From positions 124,001 through 188,000 of the forward strand of contig JAXLNO010000408.1 in assembly GCA_038087875.1 (NCBI GenBank): 64,000 bases of DNA. The letters are read 5' to 3'. Below the pieces are notes generated by a model. The model was not told the origin of the DNA. It worked only from the letters and a program-made list of their open reading frames with translations, and did not search any database. The stretch's first letter is position 1, and each line of letters opens with the position of its first letter. Both the position numbers and the translations under genes were made by a program. The stretch is from Malacoraja senta. Lineage: Eukaryota. Below, piece by piece: positions 56,655 to 64,000 of the stretch.

Positions 56655-59005
56655 GATACATAGAAAATAGGTGCAGGAGTAGGCCATTCGGCCCTTCGAG
56701 CCTGCACCGCCATTCAATATGATCATGGCTGATCATCCAACTCAGTATCCCGTACCTGCCTTCTCTCCATACCCCCTGATCCCTTTAGCCACAAGGGCCA
56801 CATCTAACTCCCTCTTAAATATAGCCAATGAACTGGCCTCAACTACCTTCTGTGGCAGAGAGTTCCAGAGATTCACCACTCTCTGTGTGAAAAAGTTTTT
56901 CCTCATCTCGGTCTTAAAGGATTTCCCCCTTATCCTTAAGCTGTGACCCCTTGTCCTGGACTTCCCCAACATCGGGAACAATCTTCCTGCATCTAGCCTG
57001 TCCAACCCCTTAAGAATTTTGTACGTTTCTGTATTCCAAAGTCAGCCTCACATCAGTGGCAGGGAAGCAATTGGAGAGGAATCTTTGGGATAGGATTTAC
57101 TACCATTTGCAAGACAATGGGCCAGTTAGGGACCATCAGCATGGCTTTGTACGCCTCAGACCATGTCTTACTAACTTGAATGATTTTTTTTGAGGAGGTG
57201 ACAAAGGTGATCGATGAGGGTAGGGCAGTGGATTACATAGATAGGTGCAGGAGGAAGCCATTTGGCCCTTCGAGCCTGCAACGCCATTCATTGTGATCAT
57301 GGCTAATCATCCACAATCAGTAATCTGTGCCTGCCTTCTCCCCATATCCCTTGACTCCACTAGCCCCCAGAGCCCTATCTAACTCTCTCTTAAATCCATC
57401 CAGTGACTTGGCCTCCACTGCCCTCTGTGGCAGAGAATTCCAAAAATTCACAACTCTCTGGGTGAAAAAGTATTTTCTCACCTCAGTTTTAAGTGGCCTC
57501 CCCTTTATTCTTAGACTGTACCCCTGGTTCTGGACTCCCCCAACATTGGGAACATTTTCCCTGCATCTAGCTTGTCCAGTCCTTTTATAATTTTATACAT
57601 TTCTATAAGATACCCTCTCATCCTAAATTCCAATGAATACAAGCCCAGTCTTTCCAATCTTTCCTCATATGAGTCCCGCCATCCCGGGAATTAACCTGGT
57701 GAACCTACGCTTCCCTCCCTCAATAGCAAGGATGTCCTTCCTCAAACTGCACACAGGTGTGGTCTCACTAGGGCCCTGTACAACTGACCTCCCCACCATC
57801 GAGGGGATCTATCGCAGTCGCTGCCTCAAAGGCTGCCAACATCATCAAGGACCCACACACCATCCTGGCCACACACTCATCTCTCCGCTGCCATCAGGTA
57901 GAAGGTACAGGAGCCTGAAATCTGCAACATCCAGGTTCAGGAATAGCTCCTTCCCCACAGCCATCAGGCTATTAAACTCGCCATCAAACAAACTCTGATC
58001 AATAACAGTCTATTGCACTTTATCTGTTTAATTATGTGTATATATATGGTCTATGGTACATAGACACACTGATCTGTTCTGTATTTATGCCTACAATATT
58101 CTGTTGTGCTGCAGCAAGCAAGAATATCATTGTCCTGTCTTGGACACACGACAATACAACTCTCTTGACTAGACTTGACTTGACTTGACTTGAGTGACTA
58201 ACTAAACAACAACTTCTGTTTCTCCCCTCACCATTCCTGTTACCGCTGACATTGTTGATCCATATACCTCTCCATACCTAGCTGTTGCCTGGATTCAAGA
58301 CAGGTGTTTTCAATCTTTCCAGTCTGACGACTGTTTGGTGGCAAATCTCACCACTGGCTGACACCTGACAGAGAGATTGGGAGTGGGTGACGGAGAGAAA
58401 AATGAGGGGGGAAATACAGAGCACAGAGGGAGAAAGGGGAAGAAGAAGAGAGACAGGAAGAATGAAGACAGTGAGAGAAGTCTGAGGAAGGACATTATAG
58501 CCATAGAGGGAGTGCAGAGAAGGTTCACCAGACTGATTCCTGGGATGTCAGGACTTTCATATGAAGAAAGACTGGATAGACTTGGCTTATACTCGCTAGA
58601 ATTTAGGAGATTGAGAGGGGATCTTATAGAAACGTACAAAATTCTTATGGGGTTGGACAGGCTAGATGCAGGAAGATTGTTCCCGATGTTGGGGAAGTCC
58701 AGGACAAGGGGTCACAGCTTAAGGATAAGGGGGAAATCCTTTAAGACCGAGATGAGGAAAAACTTTTTCACACAGAGAGTGGTGAATCTCTGGAACTCTC
58801 TGCCACAGAAGGTAGTTGAGGCCAGTTCATTGGCTATATTTAAGAGGGAGTTAGATGTGGCCCTTGTGGCTAAAGGGATCAGGGGGTATGGAGAGAAGGC
58901 AGGTACGGGATACTGAGTTGGATGATCAGCCATGATCATATTGAATGGCGGTGCAGGCTCGAAGGGCCGAATGGCCTCCTCCTGCGCCTATTTTCTATGT
59001 TTCGA
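56655..59005. mobile_element. Cluster of CR1 and Rex1/Babar 3' fragments
   Basis: CR1 tails at 56655-57030 (-), 57235-57790 (-) and 58478-59005 (+); Rex1/Babar at 57785-58170 (+). Confidence 0.8.
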
Positions 59006-59019
59006 TGTTTCCTCCAACC

Positions 59020-59365
59020 TTATCTACTGTATCTGTTGTTCTATGTGTGGTATCCAATGTATGGGCGAGACTAAGCACAGACTGGGCGATCATTTTGCTG
59101 ACACACCTACACTCAGTCCGCCTTGGCCTACGAGACCTACCAGTTGCCAAAGATGTTAACTCCCCTTCCCACACTGACCTTTCCGTCCTGGGCCTCCTCC
59201 ACTGTCAGACTGAGGCCCACATGCAAATTGGAGGAACAGCACCTCATATTTTGCTTGGGCAGCTTACAACCCAGCGGTATGAAGATTGATTTCTCCAACT
59301 TCAAGTGACCCTTGCATTCCCTCTCTCCTCAGACTGAAGAAGGGCCCGACCTGAAACGTCCCCTC
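59020..59365 (+). mobile_element. Penelope GIY-YIG fragment ending in an intact hammerhead core
   Basis: CMGETKHRLGDHF...LEEQHLIFCLGSLQPSGMKIDFSNFK; CTGAAGA AGG GCCCGA CCT GAAA CGTC at 59334-59360. Confidence 0.82.
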
Positions 59366-61650
59366 AAGTCAAGTGAGTTTATTGTCATGTGTCCCTGGTA
59401 GGACAATGAAATTCTTGCTTTGCTTCAGCACAACAGAACATAGTAGGCATTGACTACAAGGCATTCTATAAATATATACACAATGGTCAATATACTGATA
59501 AATTGCAAATAACAGTATTGGCTAGTAAAGTTCAGTGTTATGTCCGAGCCAGGTTTAATAGCCTGATGGCTGTGGGGAAGTAGCTATTCCTGAACCTGGT
59601 CGTTGCAGTCTTCAGGCTCCTGTACCTTCTACCTGAAGGTAGTAGGGAGATGAGTGTGTGGCCAGGATGGTGTGGGTCCTTGATGATACTGCCAGCCTTT
59701 TTGAGGCAGCGACTGCGATAGATCCCCTCGATGGAAGGGAGGTCAGAGCCGATGATGGACTGGGCAGTGTTTACTACTTTTTTTCCTACCCATTTTCTCC
59801 AGAGATGCTGCCAGACCTGCTGAGATACTCCAGCATTTTGTGTCGGCCTTTGGTACAAACCAGCATCTGCAGATTATTTTTATTCTATTCTACAATACAA
59901 TATCATGACTGCTAATGGCAGACAAATTGAACCCGCAGAAACCAAATAAACCATTGAACAAATCAACACCTCACGATACCACCCATGGGCCACAGCCTGC
60001 CACATGTTTCTCTGGGTTTTAAGAGGAGGGAGAACCACTTCATTACATTAACATTTGTATTAACTTGGATGAAAACTTCATCAGGTATCAAAGACAGCCA
60101 TTGATTTTCTTGAATCGCAGCAACCATTTGTAATTAATAACTGCCAGATGTCTGAAACTCTGAGAACATTTAGACCCAGTCCTTCTCATACACTTCCTCT
60201 CAGGTTGCACAGGCAGGTTTAATTTGAGCAGTGGGGCCCTCCCAGCAGAGTTGTGTTACTAAAAAGTATAAACAAGTTGCTTTACATATGGTAATACAAT
60301 TCTGATGCTGTATTTTGCACCAACATGTTTACATATGATGAGCGTTTGTCAGCGCTGGGCCTGTACTCGCTGAAGTTTAGAAGAATAGATACATAGATAC
60401 ATAGAAAATAGGTGCAGGAGTAGGCCATTCGGCCCTTCGAGCCTGCAACGCCATTCAATATGATCATGGCTGATCATCCAACTCAGTATCCCGTACCTGC
60501 CTTCTCTCCATACCCCCTGATCCCTTTAGCCACAAGGCCACATCTAACTCCCTCTTAAATATAGCCAATGAACTGGCCTCAACTACCCTCTGTGGCAGAG
60601 AGTTCCAGAGATTCACCACTCTCTGTGTGAAAACGTTTTTCCTCATCTCGGTCTTAAAGGATTTCCCCCTTATCCTTAAGCTGTGACCCCTTGTCCTGGA
60701 CTTCCCCAACATCGGGAACAATCTTCCTGCATCTAGCCTGTCCAACCCCTTAAGAATTTTGTACGTTTCTATAAGATTCCCTCTCAATCTCCTAAATTCT
60801 AGCGAGTACATTTTACAATTTACAATTTGTTTATTTGTCTTTTGGACAAATTTGTCATTTGGACCCCGTTGAGGTCCAAACAAAATGTCGTTTCTGCAGC
60901 CATACATTACAAAACGAAGAAGACCCGAGACACAACACAATTTACACATACATCCATCACAGCGCTGTGATGGAAGGCAAAAAAAACGTATCTCACCACA
61001 TGCCAAGTCTATCCAGTCTTTCTTCATATGAAAGTCCTGACATCCCAGGAATCAGTCTGGTGAACCTTCTCTGCACTCCCTCTATGGCTATAATGCCCTT
61101 CCTCAGATTTGGAGACCAAAACTGCACGCAATACTCCAGGTGTGGTCTCACCAAGACCCTGTAGAACTGCAGTAGAACCTCCCTGCTCCTATACTCAAAT
61201 CCTCTTGCTATGAAGGCCAACATACCATTCGCTTTCTTCACTGCCTGCTGCACCTGCATGCCTACTTTCAATGACTGGTGTACCATGACACCCAGGTCTC
61301 TGGGGGTCATGGTAATACAATTCTGATGCTGTGTTTTGCACCATCATGTTTACATATGATGAGCGTTTGTCAGCGCTGGGCCTGTACTCGCTGGAGTTTA
61401 GAAGAATGAGGGGGGACCTCATTGAAACGTACAGAATAGTGAAAGGCCTGGATAGAGTGGATGTGGAGAGGATGTTTCCAGTAGTGGGAGAGTCTAGGAC
61501 CAGAGGGCGCAGCCTCAGAATTAAAGGACATTCTTTTAGGAAGGAAATTAGGAGAAATATCTTCAGTCAGAGGGTGGTGAATCTGTGGGATTCTTTGCCA
61601 CAGAAGGCTGTGGAGATCACTTCAGTGGATATTTTTAAGGCAGAGATAGA
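59365..61650. mobile_element. Rex1/Babar (-) and CR1 fragments (60385-61300 on -, 61345-61650 on +)
   Basis: RT C-terminal translations in the ORF track. Confidence 0.75.
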
Positions 61651-61654
61651 TATA

Positions 61655-64000
61655 TTTTACTTCGGAGTCACGTGAGTGACTTACGTGAAGAGCCCGCCAG
61701 GGCGCATGCGCGTCATATCGTCTAGCGCATTGCGAGCGACAGGCGGGGAGGAGCGTTCCCCACAGCGGTAAGGTTAAAACCGGAGACCTACAGGTAAGTT
61801 ACTTACTCTGAGGTCGTTTTTGGGTTGTCTTTCTCTATTAACGATGGACAGGACCCGTACCAAGTCCAAACGGGCCGCTACAAAACTGGCTGAGGAGGAC
61901 CGCGGAAGTACCGGGAGCCAGCAGCGGCCGACTGCAGCATCGCAATCTTTGCGATCAGTGGTCTCTGTCCCGGCACCTGTGCAGCCTGGGTCTCCACAGG
62001 CTGACACGAACGCCAAAAGGAGGGACACGCTCATGGACTCCGATGTGTCGGGCCATGAGCAAACGCCGCAGGCAGACAGCGACAGTGGTCGCATTTCACG
62101 TCTGGAGCGGCTAGTGGAGCAATTGCTTCACCGTGACACACTCCGGGAGAAGGAGTCATGTCACTACGGGCCTCCGAGGAAGCCCATGGCAGTACCTTTT
62201 TCAGGGCTGCACAATGTATCTCCCTCGACAGAGGGGAGCATTGGGAGTCATTTCTGGGCTGACTCCGAACAAGGGTTGGCTGAAGATACCTCAAGCGTGC
62301 TGGGGGTGGCAGAAGAGACGATGCTGGGAATGGTAACGAAGTTTGCGGTGCCTCCAGTCAGGGCAGCCGCTGAAACAACAACTAGCAGCCAGCATTGACT
62401 ACCTATCAACCCATCAATTGCAGGAACAGGCGCTCAATGAAACTACTGCAAAATACCTGGCACCAGGGAACTGTATCTCACTGAATGTCCCAGCAGTGAA
62501 TCCCTCCATCTGGGGACATATTGGTGCAGGTATAAGGGCACAGGTTGTGCAGATGCAGAAGATCCTCAAACTTCTAGCTTCGGGGATTACAGCATTTGCC
62601 CGGTCGGTGAATGACACGGAAATGACAGAGGCTCAGCAAGATACGCTGGCGATGCTCTGCAATACACAGTTCGAGATTAACTGTTTCCGAAAGAACTCCA
62701 TCCGCCCAGCCTTGAACCCCAAATTTGCGGCTCTGTGCAAGACCAACACCACACCGCCACCAATTTTGTTATTCGGGGGCAACCTGTCCAAACAGGTTAA
62801 AGAGCTGGATGAAGAGGCGAAAGCCTGCCGGGCTCATCAAGGCATCGGGCAAAATACCTCAGCGACAGCACCCCTACACATCCACCAGCAGGCCACGTCA
62901 CATCGAAGCTGGTGAAAGCTCGAAGGCCGCAGCTCAAGGACAAAGGTCTTTTTTAGACCGCGGCCCAGAGCGACCTTCGTGGAAGATGCGCCAACCCCGA
63001 ACTCCAGCACCTCAATCGGCCAAGAAACAGAAGAAGAAATGAACACCCCACTGGTAACCATGGAAGTCGGTGGGTCTGGTTCCTCCCAGGACATAGCGGG
63101 TGCAATGGATACACCTGTTGGGGGTAGGTTACACTGGTTTAGTGAGGCATGGAGATCAATAACCTGTGATTCTTATATACTGCATAGTGTTCAAGGGTAT
63201 GAAATTGAATTCGAAAACAAACGCCTTCCTCCGGTTCAGCATGCACCCATCAGATCATTTATTCCATCACAACAAGAGAAGTTGGATGGTCATGCTGAAA
63301 TTAAGAGGCTTTATACTAAGAGTGTAATTGAGAGATCTCAACATGAGTCTCGAGAATTTGTCTCAAACATGTTCACAAAAAAGAAAAAAGATGGTGGATG
63401 TCGCATCATTATCGATTTGAGACAATTGAACACATTTGTGCAGTATACTCACTTCAAAATGGAAACCTTTGTAACAGCCAAACAACTGATTTCCGAAGGC
63501 TACTTCATGGCATGCATCGATTTAAAAGATGCATACTATTCGGTGCCTATACACAAGGATCACCGCCGATATCTGGTTTAACTGGATGGGGCAGCTTTGG
63601 CAGTACAAAGCACTACCTAATGGATTGACCTCAGCCCCCAGACTATTCACCAAATTACTGAAACCAGCTCTGGCGTTTCTTCGGAAACAAAAACATATTG
63701 TCATGGCGTATTTAGATGACATGCTAATCGTGGGTAAAACCTACGAATTAGCCAAATTAGCTGTTACAGCTACCATAGGTCTATTTGAGAAACTGGGGTT
63801 TATCATACATCCAGATAAATCAAAGTTAACACCATCCACGACTATGGACTATTTGGGATTCACCATTAATTCAGTTCACATGACTGTGACTTTACCTAGG
63901 GGAAAGGCAACTGAATTAATGGAAGTTTGCAGCAACCTTGCTGTCATCAGTCAACCATCTATCAGACAAGTAGCAAGGGTAATTGGCAAAATCGTAGCTG
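61655..64000 (+). mobile_element. DIRS1-like tyrosine-recombinase retrotransposon, 5' part (gag-like ORF1 and RT), frameshifted
   Basis: ORF1 from ATG 61844 with frameshifts. RT: GGRLHWFSEAW...GYEIEF...FVSNMFTKKKKDGGCRIIIDLRQLN...HFKMET...IDLKDAYYSVPIHKDHRRYL, -1 shift near 63575, LPNGLTSAPRLFTK, YLDD at 63709-63720. Confidence 0.88.

Overview
Eukaryotic, repeat-rich DNA from a cartilaginous fish (inferred; most likely a skate or ray). The core is one immunoglobulin heavy-chain minilocus of the IgW (skate IgX) isotype on the minus strand, about 44.7 kb to 0.7 kb. Order: leader, V(D) with a 12-bp RSS, J with a 22-bp RSS, CH1, CH2, Cys-rich short secretory exon, CH3, CH4, candidate second secretory exon, CH5, CH6 with tailpiece and polyA, then a second diverged CH3'-CH4'-CH5' set, then the TM exon. 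It looks like a pseudogene cluster: V, CH2, the short secretory exon, CH3, CH5, the duplicated exons and TM carry frameshifts or insertions, while J, CH1 and CH6 are intact. Main unusual features: (i) the V appears germline-joined to D; (ii) the J RSS is amplified into a 20-unit head-to-tail minisatellite whose unit is almost exactly one RSS; (iii) an S-mu-like GAGCT/GGGGT repeat lies in the J-C intron; (iv) a duplicated CH cassette sits between the secretory terminal exon and TM; (v) a hammerhead-bearing Penelope fragment is inserted in CH2. The rest is CR1, Rex1/Babar and L1/Tx1 LINE fragments, V-SINEs, Penelope remnants, Harbinger-like MITEs (one carrying a 4.3-kb 20-mer satellite), a THAP foldback element, the 5' part of a DIRS-like retrotransposon and a 523-N gap. 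All assignments come from manual reading and recalled family motifs; no database searches were run, and repeat boundaries are approximate.
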